This document shows positions 43,101 to 50,996 of a stretch of DNA of 64,000 nucleotides, in pieces (position 1 is the first letter of the stretch; each line of letters begins with the position of its first letter). The notes under the pieces were generated by a model. That model made no database searches. It worked only from the letters and a program-made list of their open reading frames with translations, and had not been told where the DNA came from. A program made the position numbers and the translations under genes. Origin of the DNA: Spongiibacteraceae bacterium (GTDB lineage: Bacteria > Pseudomonadota > Gammaproteobacteria > Pseudomonadales > Dasaniaceae); contig JANQLG010000012.1 in the NCBI GenBank assembly GCA_028280715.1, positions 62,211-126,210 on the forward strand, given 5' to 3'.

Positions 43101-45448
43101 GCATCGGTAATCGATTGCGCTTTTCGCTGACGCTCATCGAGTAATTGCTGTTTATGGCTTTCAAAGGATTCATATATTTCCTCACGCTTATCCATTATAT
43201 CTGCAAGGAATTGATCAAAATTTGTGAACTGGCTTTCCAACTCTTCCAATTGCACTAGCAAGCGGGACAGTTGTTCGTCACATTTTTCCGGCGTTGTTGC
43301 CAAGCCTAATGCGTTGGTAATACTTTGAGAAAATAATTTAAACTGTGCACCGAACTGAGCAACGGCTTCTTCTGAACCGAGATTTTTCTGTTTATGCTTG
43401 GCATTAGCTTTGCTCTGATTCAGTTTTGAATAAACCTGGGAAATGGCATCAATGATACAGGTACGAACAGTGGCATCTTCGACCTTTAAGGTTCCCATTA
43501 ATTCTGATAATAAATCCAAGCCTGATGCTGTTGTTTCAATAGTATCTATTAATGGCTGCAGAGCAGCATTGGTCTCAGCCTGATCGACTTCTTTATTAAG
43601 CGTATCAATTTTTATCAGGTATGGCTCAAGTGCTTTTTCATCGGAGAGGAAAACCACCGTCTGTTCACTGAGAGACTCTTCTGTACGCTGTAGCTCCTGA
43701 TCCAACTCTTCAATGCGAGCAACATCGATATATCGATTGTCTTTAATGGTGGTGAGGTGGCCACGCTGGCGCCGCAGCTTTCCCAATGCATCGACAAACT
43801 CTTCAGCTGTTTCCCAGTTTTCTGAGCGAATAACCTGCAGCAATTCTTCCTGATCACGTTCAGCCTCCAGCATAGTTTTCGCCGATTGCTGGCGAATACT
43901 TTCGACTTTTTCAAATTCATCAATGACCAATTCTGAAGTCGATGAGATCTCTTTAAGAGTCACTGCTATATCTTGGGTTTCGGTATCTTCAACCCAATAG
44001 TGATCATCAAAAACCTTTTTCGCTGCCTTGCTCAGCTCTTCATACAAACGTAGCGACACTGACTGATTGTCAATCCTTCGACAAATACTATATAAGTCGG
44101 ATACACCTCGCACCAACTCAGCATTACCGATCCTGCCAAAAAATGTTTGGCTGGCAGGTGCTTTACTGGCAAATTCTGTGCTCTGGTAGGGCGTTTGCCA
44201 AATTTGCATAGGATGTACACGTATGGGTTCTTCTTCGGCGGAAAAAATAACCAGCTGACCATTTTCTGCCAGAGCATAACCATGGCTATAAATAGGATTT
44301 TGTAATTGTTTTTCGATCAGGTTGTAGGCAAATAATCCAACATTGCCCTCTTCTTGTTCATAGAAAACATAGAGAACATCTTCTCCATTGGGTGAACGAA
44401 TAGATCGCTTAAACTTTAAGCCTGCAACCTCTTCATCAAAGGCCTTGTATTCGCCCGTTTGTAAGTAGTAACCACCGGGAAATATCAATCCATGATCTTC
44501 AGGCAGCTGCACACAGGACTGCCCAATGGCATCAACACGTAATACTTTTTGGATTAAGGTGTTATAGATATAATAACGCCAGCGCTCTTCTTGGTAAGGT
44601 CTGATTTTTAACAGTATTAAGCTACCAACTGCAGCATAAGCTATTTGCGCATCATCCAGTGATTGAGTTTTATCTTCGACTGACTCCCGATAAACCCCTA
44701 ATCCATCTTCAGTATTATTTTCGATTTTGATGGTAAGGTCACCGCCCAAGGTTTCAACGAACACGGTGTCAAGCACATTAATGTGAGGATGACGGCCATG
44801 AATGGCGTCTTCTCGTGTCGTATCAATCCATTCAAAATCGTACTCGGGAGGCAGTTGAATATCGCGCTCGCCACGATTATCGATATAGCGCAATTCCTTT
44901 TCATCAGCCGAAACTGACCAGCGAAAGACGCGAATATCTTCAAGTCGCTCACCAATTTGAAAACCTGCCAACAACTTACCATCTTTAATAGTAAGCTCAA
45001 CCAGCTTGGTATGTTTGTAGTAACGATATAACTCTTCAAAATCACTAACAAAACTACTCTGGGTTAAAAAAGTACCCGCCAGCGATACTGGCTCCATTTC
45101 ATAGTTGCCGTCTGTCTGCTTAATATCAAACAACGCAAACACATCTTCAATTTTGGTTTCTTTTTTAAGACCAATAAAGACGTTGTAACCAAAGAGTAGA
45201 TGATCACCTACCTGGACGATATCTCTGGCAATGCAGTTATTTTCTGTGCGCACTCGAACTCGAGCGAGTACATCCATATCCAAACTACCAAATTCTTCTA
45301 AGCGAGACTCATTAAGCGCCTGTACTTTTTGGCTGAGCGTTTGCCCCTGGCTTACCAGGCGCTTGCGAATAATGTCGTAAGCACCGCCTTCGGCTACTGC
45401 GCTGTCGACTATATCGTTAGCTTCCACAGCCTGCTCTTGCTGTTCCAT
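40121..45448 (-). CDS. Giant (1775 aa) AAA+ ATPase with long coiled-coil region
   Basis: Walker A ISPPGYGKTT (41507..41530) and Walker B VMLYLDDIQ. The N-terminal ~450 aa are non-helical, the middle ~800 aa are helical, and the C-terminal tail is KR-rich. The start overlaps the rhomboid gene end by 1 nt. Confidence 0.75.
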   Translation of the reverse strand: MEQQEQAVEANDIVDSAVAEGGAYDIIRKRLVSQGQTLSQKVQALNESRLEEFGSLDMDVLARVRVRTENNCIARDIVQVGDHLLFGYNVFIGLKKETKIEDVFALFDIKQTDGNYEMEPVSLAGTFLTQSSFVSDFEELYRYYKHTKLVELTIKDGKLLAGFQIGERLEDIRVFRWSVSADEKELRYIDNRGERDIQLPPEYDFEWIDTTREDAIHGRHPHINVLDTVFVETLGGDLTIKIENNTEDGLGVYRESVEDKTQSLDDAQIAYAAVGSLILLKIRPYQEERWRYYIYNTLIQKVLRVDAIGQSCVQLPEDHGLIFPGGYYLQTGEYKAFDEEVAGLKFKRSIRSPNGEDVLYVFYEQEEGNVGLFAYNLIEKQLQNPIYSHGYALAENGQLVIFSAEEEPIRVHPMQIWQTPYQSTEFASKAPASQTFFGRIGNAELVRGVSDLYSICRRIDNQSVSLRLYEELSKAAKKVFDDHYWVEDTETQDIAVTLKEISSTSELVIDEFEKVESIRQQSAKTMLEAERDQEELLQVIRSENWETAEEFVDALGKLRRQRGHLTTIKDNRYIDVARIEELDQELQRTEESLSEQTVVFLSDEKALEPYLIKIDTLNKEVDQAETNAALQPLIDTIETTASGLDLLSELMGTLKVEDATVRTCIIDAISQVYSKLNQSKANAKHKQKNLGSEEAVAQFGAQFKLFSQSITNALGLATTPEKCDEQLSRLLVQLEELESQFTNFDQFLADIMDKREEIYESFESHKQQLLDERQRKAQSITDAADRILASIEKRSLKFTEADELNTYFASDALVLKARELIEQLRELDSAVKADDVEARFKAIKEQALRSLRDKTDIFEDGGNIIKLGPRHKFSVNTQELDLTIIPRSGALNLHLTGTDFYEPITHSDLQAMRDYWDMSLESETPEVYRSEYLASLIIEAAKHQQNELTADKLQQSLLDDELINALVRDFAAPRYKEGYEKGVHDHDAVLLLKALIPAIDRADLLRYDPLSRGLAQVFWANIKNLAKNKPSEAEREALSFTTWPERAQSAAQMQSVFASSEAIELLASEVREALTVFVELHPIPVNELDIRRAADYLVAELGRERVEFIGSKYATYLVEELKRSMDDSTWRRYQMALDKMMGWPAERWNLSTAWLDALIKEKNLEGMEGYIPEAVALINADERLERRLTEVDLELTIEGLLGDHPTIENRQLQFSLDSYLQRMEKHRFEVVPSYHHYLELRQNTIKEQREKLRLEEFKPRPLSSFVRNRLINESYLPLIGDNLAKQMGTVGENKRTDLMGLLMMISPPGYGKTTLMEYVANRLGLIFMKINCPSLGHDVLSLDPEQAPNATARQELGKLNLALEMGNNVMLYLDDIQHTHPEFLQKFISLCDGTRRIEGVWKGATKTYDMRGRKFCVVMAGNPYTESGEAFKIPDMLANRADIYNLGDILGGMDEQFALSYVENALTSNSVLAPLAVREMDDVYKLINMAKGANVATTDLSHSYSGAEINEITEILKKMFVVQDVVLKINQQYIASAAQDDKYRTEPAFKLQGSYRNMNKMTEKISAVMNEEELMQMIADHYLGEAQLLTTGAEDNLLKLVELRGNITAEEGRRWQQIKKDFLRNKAMGGDDADVGGKVVAQLVDLVNGVQELKDVATQVSTSSVSGSDRSSQELANVVDKLADVVKQSKPSVKVVNEPVPGIDKVLTVLAETIEHSIFPLVRSMDKKLEIDLRTHNKMKDISEQLRNLETHVAEAQVIESSPKRSSKKSPKRDE

Positions 45449-45521
45449 ATCACTTTCCTTAAGCTCAAACAGTGGTTAATAAAAGAGGCAGAGACATTTC
45501 ACCCCTGCTATGAAAACCTGA

Positions 45522-47471
45522 TCAGGCCTTCTCTTGCTCTTCATTAACGGCTGTTGGCTTGCCGTCGATGATGCGGCCAATCAGCGCTGCAATGGTATCG
45601 CTCTTATCAGCCAAACCGTCTACAGCTTTACCAATTGACAAGGACTTGGCGAAATTATTAAAGAAGTGATCTTCTCCACCCACGATATCAATTTTGGCTT
45701 TCTGTAGGGCAACAGCCAGCACTTCAGCATTTTCTCTGGCGATATCCTTACCCGCATCAATTGAAGCCAATGCTTCTTTCAGCGCGGTTTCTAGCCCCAT
45801 GCGATATTCCTCGTGCTCTCGCGCATCAGCACTCATACTGTTCATGGCTTCGAATTTATCTACTAAGCCGTCTGCTTCCGCCTTAAATTGCTCACGAGTC
45901 ACATCGGCACCGGCCATACCTATTTCTTTAGCTGCCTGCGCTTCTGAATTACCTTTGGCGGCTATGACTTCAGCCTCAGCTTTACCCGTTTCACGTTGTG
46001 CGCTAGCTTCCGCATCGCCTTTAGCCTTAACAACAGTAGCTTCTGCCAAACCTTCTTTTTCCTGCGCATCGGCTTTCGCTTCCTGAACTTTGGCATCAGC
46101 CAAACCAGGTGCCGCACGCTCAGCCTGAACACCTTCGGCCAGTTTTTTCTTAGCATCGGCTTCTTTGGCCGCAGCTTCCAGTTCTGCTTGCGCAATGGTC
46201 GTTATTTCAATCGCTTTATGTTTTGCAGAAAGCTCTTCAGCCTCAGCCGCTTTGACTTGCTTAACCTTTTCCTCATCAGCCTGAGCTTCAGCTGCTAACA
46301 CTTGCGTTTGTTTCGCACGGTCAGCTTCAGAGACTTCACGAACTTCCTTAATACGTTCCTCTTCTATAGCAACGGTCTTATCAACGGCAACACGTTCACG
46401 AATAACATTAGCAATTTCTTTTTTCTCAACTTCCACCGCTTTCTCAGCTTCAATTCTTTGCAACTCCACCTCACGTTCTCTGGCAACAATTTCCAAATCA
46501 CGTGCACGTGTTACTTTTTCTTCTTCTATCGCTACAGCACGCTGACGATTTTGCTCTGCTACTTCAATTTCACGCTTTTGATTTTCAGTTTGTACTGATA
46601 GATCTTGTTCAACTTGAATAGTAGTTGCCTCTGCTTTGCGCCGTTCTTCTTCCTGAACTTTCTTGGTTTCTGCTTCTTCACGAGCACGGATAGTGGCAAT
46701 TTCACGCTCTTGTTTCGCTTCTGCATCTGACTGTTGACGCTCTAATTCAAGCATCGCCTCAACTGTTTCGACATTTTTCTTCTTAATGGCTAACTCTTCG
46801 TCGCGCTCAAGAATATTGGTCCGAATATTTTGCTCAGCAGTTAATTCCGTAATTTTCTTAATACCTTCAGCATCAAGGATATTAGAGGGATCAAGTGAAG
46901 CCTTTGGTGTCTGCTCTAAATAATCAATGGCCACATCTTCTAATACATAACCGTTCAGGTCATCACCGATAACCCGAATAATTTTTTCACGGAATTCCTG
47001 GCGATTTTCAAACAACTTAACAAAATCGATTTGTTTACCCACTGTTTTTAAGGCTTCAGAAAACTTTGCATTGAATAACTGATTAACAGCTTCTTTATCC
47101 GACGCTCTTCCCGCCCCAATGGATTTAGCAACCTTTAACACATCATCGGCTGTTTCATTCACTCTTAGATAGAATGCAACGGTTATATCCGCCCTCATAT
47201 TATCCGCACAAATCAAACCATCCTGGCCTCGGCGATCAACCTCAAGGGTGATTAATGAAATTTTCATTAATTCCTTTTTATAAATAATGGGATACACCAA
47301 AGCACCGGTAAAATGGACCTTTGGTTTAGCACTCATATCATTAACAATTAATGCTGTACCCTGCTCAACCTTTACATAGAACGACTTAAATAATGCGGCA
47401 AACCCCATAAGAATGACAAAAAAGATGCCGACTCCCATAATGATGGGCATAAGAACTGATAGATCAGCCAT
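45522..47471 (-). CDS. Flotillin-like SPFH protein (YqiK-type) with very long E/A/K coiled coil
   Basis: N-terminal TM segment, then SPFH core, then ~350 aa of EAKR-rich heptad-like sequence. Confidence 0.85.
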   Translation of the reverse strand: MADLSVLMPIIMGVGIFFVILMGFAALFKSFYVKVEQGTALIVNDMSAKPKVHFTGALVYPIIYKKELMKISLITLEVDRRGQDGLICADNMRADITVAFYLRVNETADDVLKVAKSIGAGRASDKEAVNQLFNAKFSEALKTVGKQIDFVKLFENRQEFREKIIRVIGDDLNGYVLEDVAIDYLEQTPKASLDPSNILDAEGIKKITELTAEQNIRTNILERDEELAIKKKNVETVEAMLELERQQSDAEAKQEREIATIRAREEAETKKVQEEERRKAEATTIQVEQDLSVQTENQKREIEVAEQNRQRAVAIEEEKVTRARDLEIVAREREVELQRIEAEKAVEVEKKEIANVIRERVAVDKTVAIEEERIKEVREVSEADRAKQTQVLAAEAQADEEKVKQVKAAEAEELSAKHKAIEITTIAQAELEAAAKEADAKKKLAEGVQAERAAPGLADAKVQEAKADAQEKEGLAEATVVKAKGDAEASAQRETGKAEAEVIAAKGNSEAQAAKEIGMAGADVTREQFKAEADGLVDKFEAMNSMSADAREHEEYRMGLETALKEALASIDAGKDIARENAEVLAVALQKAKIDIVGGEDHFFNNFAKSLSIGKAVDGLADKSDTIAALIGRIIDGKPTAVNEEQEKA

Positions 47472-47518
47472 AGTGGTTACTCCATTTCCTAATAGTTAAA
47501 TAACAATATTTTTAATAG

Positions 47519-48214
47519 TTAGCTTCCAGAAAATTCTTGCTCAGAAACAACGCGGTATACGTTTTCTTCTTTTAAATGCTCCAACAGCACAACGCGATCT
47601 CCTTTTACGAATTCATCATCACCTGTTGCTCTCACTTTGAGAATAAGCCCCGCCCCACCATCTTCTAACATAGCCTCACCAAAACCCTGATCAACTCGAG
47701 AGGTTCTGACAATCGCCGTCTGGCCTAATATATGTTTTACGGTTTGTTGTTGTGCTTTTTTGAATAACGGCCTTAATGGCTTAATAACAACGGCGGTTAT
47801 CATAACCGCTACGTATAGCGACCCGAATAAAATGGGGATTCCGACTAAAAACTCTAAAAAAGCACCTGGAACTAGGCCAAATAGAAAATGAACGGCATAG
47901 TAGGATAACAGCCATCCAAACAAAGATATAAACGAGATAATGACGGTGACGGGAACGCCATGCAGACCAAACCTCAACATCAGCCCGGCCAACACATCGG
48001 GATTTGATAACCCATCTGCATCAACAGCAAATGCACCGTCAGTTTCAGGAAGATCAAAATCGAGAATGTCAATTTCTACAAATCCCAAAACAGCAACCAA
48101 CCAATACAGAACGGTAATAGCTAAGAAAAACGTAAAGAAAACGGTCGGGAATGAAGCAATATTTTGGTAAAACGGATCCATTCCCTCCGTTAAAAAAATT
48201 GCAAACATTCCCAC
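47519..48214 (-). CDS. YqiJ/NfeD-like membrane protein (OB-fold C-terminus)
   Basis: Four TM helices plus a C-terminal soluble beta domain. It lies directly upstream of the flotillin gene, as yqiJ-yqiK do in E. coli. Confidence 0.6.
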   Translation of the reverse strand: MGMFAIFLTEGMDPFYQNIASFPTVFFTFFLAITVLYWLVAVLGFVEIDILDFDLPETDGAFAVDADGLSNPDVLAGLMLRFGLHGVPVTVIISFISLFGWLLSYYAVHFLFGLVPGAFLEFLVGIPILFGSLYVAVMITAVVIKPLRPLFKKAQQQTVKHILGQTAIVRTSRVDQGFGEAMLEDGGAGLILKVRATGDDEFVKGDRVVLLEHLKEENVYRVVSEQEFSGS

Positions 48215-48281
48215 CTCCTTTTTTGATTGTGTTTATTCCTAAGACACTGATACTTAACAATACGTATCAGTTAAGAATTAA

Positions 48282-48968
48282 CTATTTTTTGTTTTTCAAT
48301 CTTTCCAAGATATCATCCGCGCTCTTACCACTAGGGGCAATTCCAGCTTCCTCCAGTTTAGTCTGTAAAGAGGTATCAGATGTTTCCTCAGCAAGCTCAC
48401 TGGCTGCAGACATTTGTGCTGACTTCAACGCCTGCTTTTCTTTGATACGCTCCAATGAATCCATTGCAGTACGCATTTTTGAATGTGAGCCGCTATGCCT
48501 TTCAGCCACTGCAGTCTGCGCTCGCTGTACATTTTCTGTCGCTTTTACCGTATCCACCTGCTGCTTAATACGTTTTAAATTGCGCTCTGTTTGCTTAATC
48601 GCCGTGCGAAGATTGTTGGCGCTAGACTCAAAACCGACAGTAGATTCTTTTTCCTGAGCTAATTGGTTTTCAAAATCGGCAATTTTTTCAGCCACTTCGT
48701 GCGCCAAAGCATTATCATCCTTTTCTAATGCTTTAATCGCATAGCCCTCATGCTCTTCTATCTGCTTTTTAAGATTGGCACACTTTTCTTCGGATAATTT
48801 TTGCCTCGCCATAATCTCAGCGAGACTATCTTTAGACTGCTTTAGCTCCTCAGAAGCATCACGAACTTCCTGATCCAGTATCCGCAACGCCTGACTATCA
48901 ACAATTGCTTCACCAGCCTCATTCACACCACCACGTAAAGCGGTCATCATTTTTGCCCAAATATTCAT
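48282..48968 (-). CDS. PspA/IM30-family protein (YjfJ-like)
   Basis: 228-aa all-helical protein with the N-terminal MNIWAKMMTALRGGVNEAGEAIVD pattern typical of PspA/IM30. Confidence 0.85.
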   Translation of the reverse strand: MNIWAKMMTALRGGVNEAGEAIVDSQALRILDQEVRDASEELKQSKDSLAEIMARQKLSEEKCANLKKQIEEHEGYAIKALEKDDNALAHEVAEKIADFENQLAQEKESTVGFESSANNLRTAIKQTERNLKRIKQQVDTVKATENVQRAQTAVAERHSGSHSKMRTAMDSLERIKEKQALKSAQMSAASELAEETSDTSLQTKLEEAGIAPSGKSADDILERLKNKK

Positions 48969-48988
48969 TGATCTGCTCCTATCATCAA

Positions 48989-49618
48989 CTAGCTGGCTTC
49001 TACGGAAAGGTTTAAGAATTCGCTATAGGCTTCCGTCGCCTGTATAACGTTACTTGCCAAAACTTCTATCTCGAAAATCACATTCGACAAAATAGATGTT
49101 GAACTCAGCGCACCAAACATGTGGTAGTAATCACCATTTTTTCCAAGACTATCGAGACTAATGGTGGAAAGAGGGAAATACTTATGAGTTCTTAAGATCG
49201 TTTCATTAAAACGATTAACATCAACCACTTCATCAACTGACCACAGTACCGCTTCAACAATAATCTGTTCACCAGATACCGTTAGGAAAACCGGCAAATC
49301 CCCATACTCCCCCATAACAACATGCAGGGCAGGCTCCACACCATCAATCAATTCAATGGTTGCTCGGCCACTAGAAAACAAATCAGACTCCTTTAGCGAC
49401 TCAAACAAGCTACTGGTCGTCCAACTATTGGTATTCTCAGTCATGCTTCTTTCTCCTTTTACTGTATTTAACTCACCAGGCATACGCAGTTGCTTTTCCA
49501 ACTCAGTCAACCTCCCAGCGTTCTCCGGAAGAATCCAAACCTCCTTCTTCACCAACCCCTGCTCACGCAAGCGGCGTCGGTATTCACGCTGATAATATGC
49601 TGATGACTTTGCTTTCAT
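48989..49618 (-). CDS. YjfI-like (DUF2170) protein with basic N-terminal extension
   Basis: The C-terminal 130 aa align by eye with E. coli YjfI (YGDLP.F..VSGEQIIVE..., YYHMFGALSSTSILSNVIFEIEVLASN). The ATG at 49618 is preferred. Confidence 0.65.
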   Translation of the reverse strand: MKAKSSAYYQREYRRRLREQGLVKKEVWILPENAGRLTELEKQLRMPGELNTVKGERSMTENTNSWTTSSLFESLKESDLFSSGRATIELIDGVEPALHVVMGEYGDLPVFLTVSGEQIIVEAVLWSVDEVVDVNRFNETILRTHKYFPLSTISLDSLGKNGDYYHMFGALSSTSILSNVIFEIEVLASNVIQATEAYSEFLNLSVEAS

Positions 49619-50069
49619 GGCCAAACTATAATTTGTTACATGTGATATTGCAAATAATTTTACATGTAACAAAAAATAAACTCCTATCTATTTGATTTTA
49701 TTAATATAAATAAAAACCAAAAACACTCACCACCCCAAAAAGATGGAAGTTTTAATCAGCAGAAAGGAGAAAATAGAGAGAAGACCGCAACATTTTCCTA
49801 TGCATTATTATGTTTATTGGTTGCTATTATCTTGAAGCATTGCAGCTTATATCATTACAAAATTATTTTTATAAAGCGACACCCAATAAATCACAGCTTT
49901 ATTACAGGAGCAATAATTAGGAATTGTAATTACTAAACAAAAAAACAGCTCAATCAAAACTGAAGCTTTGCAGTTATAGCCTAGATTAGCCTCTTAAACG
50001 GACGTTTAATAGCACGCATGAGTTCCGCCAAACATGCTTCAGCTGCCTTCAACTCCTTAGAAAACTGAA

Positions 50070-50120
50070 GACCATTCATTAAAAAAGCCACCCGATGGGT
50101 GGCTTTTTTAATGAATGGTC
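50070..50120. terminator. 51-bp perfect palindrome (24-bp arms) acting as tRNA-Pro terminator and overlapping the tRNA 3' end
   Basis: GACCATTCATTAAAAAAGCCACCC-GAT-GGGTGGCTTTTTTAATGAATGGTC. The right arm includes the tRNA 3' GACCA (50116..50120). Confidence 0.7.
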
Positions 50121-50192
50121 GGGACGGCAGGATTTGAACCTACGACCACCACACCCCCAGTGTGGTGCGCTACCAGACTGCGCTACGCCCCG
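50116..50192 (-). tRNA. tRNA-Pro (GGG)
   Basis: Acceptor CGGGGCG/CGUCCCG, D arm GCGC-AGUCUGGUA-GCGC, anticodon arm CCACA-CUGGGGG-UGUGG, T arm GUAGG-UUCAAAU-CCUGC, A73, CCA. 77 nt. Confidence 0.9.
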
Positions 50193-50257
50193 TGAGAGGG
50201 TGGCCATTATACCGAAACGGACTTGGGTAACAAGCCAATTCTGATGGCTCAAGGCAT

Positions 50258-50287
50258 AAAAAAACCGGGCTGTTTTGCCCGGTTTTT
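50258..50287 (-). terminator. Rho-independent terminator after the MerR-like gene
   Basis: CCGGGC-TGTTTT-GCCCGG flanked by an A-run and a T-run. Confidence 0.7.
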
Positions 50288-50309
50288 AAAAGGAGAAACT
50301 ATTCGCAAA

Positions 50310-50666
50310 TCAAATGGTTAGTACTTTTAGTACATCTTCCAGTTCATCGATCATTTGGCGAATCATTACTTTGAATTCGCTGTTTTCTTCACCTTCACCC
50401 TCACCTGACATACGCTGACGAGCACCGCCAATGGTGTAGCCCTGATCATACAGTAAGCTGCGAATTTGGCGAATCAGGATCACGTCTTCACGCTGGTAGT
50501 AACGGCGGTTACCACGGCGTTTAACCGGTTTCAGGTTTGGAAACTCCTGCTCCCAGTAGCGCAGTACATGTGGTTTTACTGCACATAATTCACTGACCTC
50601 ACCGATGGTGAAATAGCGCTTGCCCGGAATTACCGGTAATTCATCATTGTGGCTCGGTTCCAGCAT
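50310..50666 (-). CDS. MerR-family transcriptional regulator (ihfA-linked)
   Basis: [24 protein letters not shown]. It has the usual position downstream of ihfA. Confidence 0.8.
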   Translation of the reverse strand: MLEPSHNDELPVIPGKRYFTIGEVSELCAVKPHVLRYWEQEFPNLKPVKRRGNRRYYQREDVILIRQIRSLLYDQGYTIGGARQRMSGEGEGEENSEFKVMIRQMIDELEDVLKVLTI

Positions 50667-50949
50667 AGGCCTCTACTCGTGCTTTCAACTTCTGCCCAGG
50701 TCTGAAGGTCACTACACGGCGTGCAGAGATGGGTATTTCTTCACCCGTTTTCGGGTTACGTCCCGGACGCTGACTTTTGTCTCTCAGATCAAAATTGCCG
50801 AACCCGGATAATTTGACCTGTTCGTTATCTTCCAAGGAGTGGCGAATCTCTTCAAAAAAGTGTTCAACCACTTCTTTGGCTTCGCGTTTATTCAGGCCAA
50901 GCTCTTCATATAGCTTTTCGGCCATTTCCGACTTGGTAAGCGCTGTCAT
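50644..50949 (-). CDS. ihfA: Integration host factor alpha subunit
   Basis: [29 protein letters not shown]...[12 protein letters not shown] is canonical IHF-alpha. Confidence 0.95.
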   Translation of the reverse strand: MTALTKSEMAEKLYEELGLNKREAKEVVEHFFEEIRHSLEDNEQVKLSGFGNFDLRDKSQRPGRNPKTGEEIPISARRVVTFRPGQKLKARVEAYAGTEPQ

Positions 50950-50996
50950 CCACTCGGTTCCTTAACTCGTTAACCAAAGTGACTCATTCAAGAGTC

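Noticed and set aside
45694-46598. Antisense ORFs (45694..46086, 45996..46298, 46302..46598, 45962..46195) inside the flotillin gene
   Set aside because: These are artefacts of the low-complexity GAA/GCN-rich coiled-coil coding region. Their translations are low-complexity and lack starts with an RBS.
20351-50200. Genomic-island boundaries, integrase or transposase that would define the RNA-repair and Psp/flotillin regions as mobile elements
   Set aside because: No integrase, transposase, recombinase or flanking direct repeat was found. The only hints are the HNH gene and the palindrome at tRNA-Pro, so no mobile_element feature is reported.
50644-50666. 23-nt overlap between ihfA and the MerR-like gene as a possible programmed frameshift or fusion
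   Set aside because: The two genes are in different frames with an ordinary overlap, and each protein is complete. Such overlaps are common in this conserved pair.
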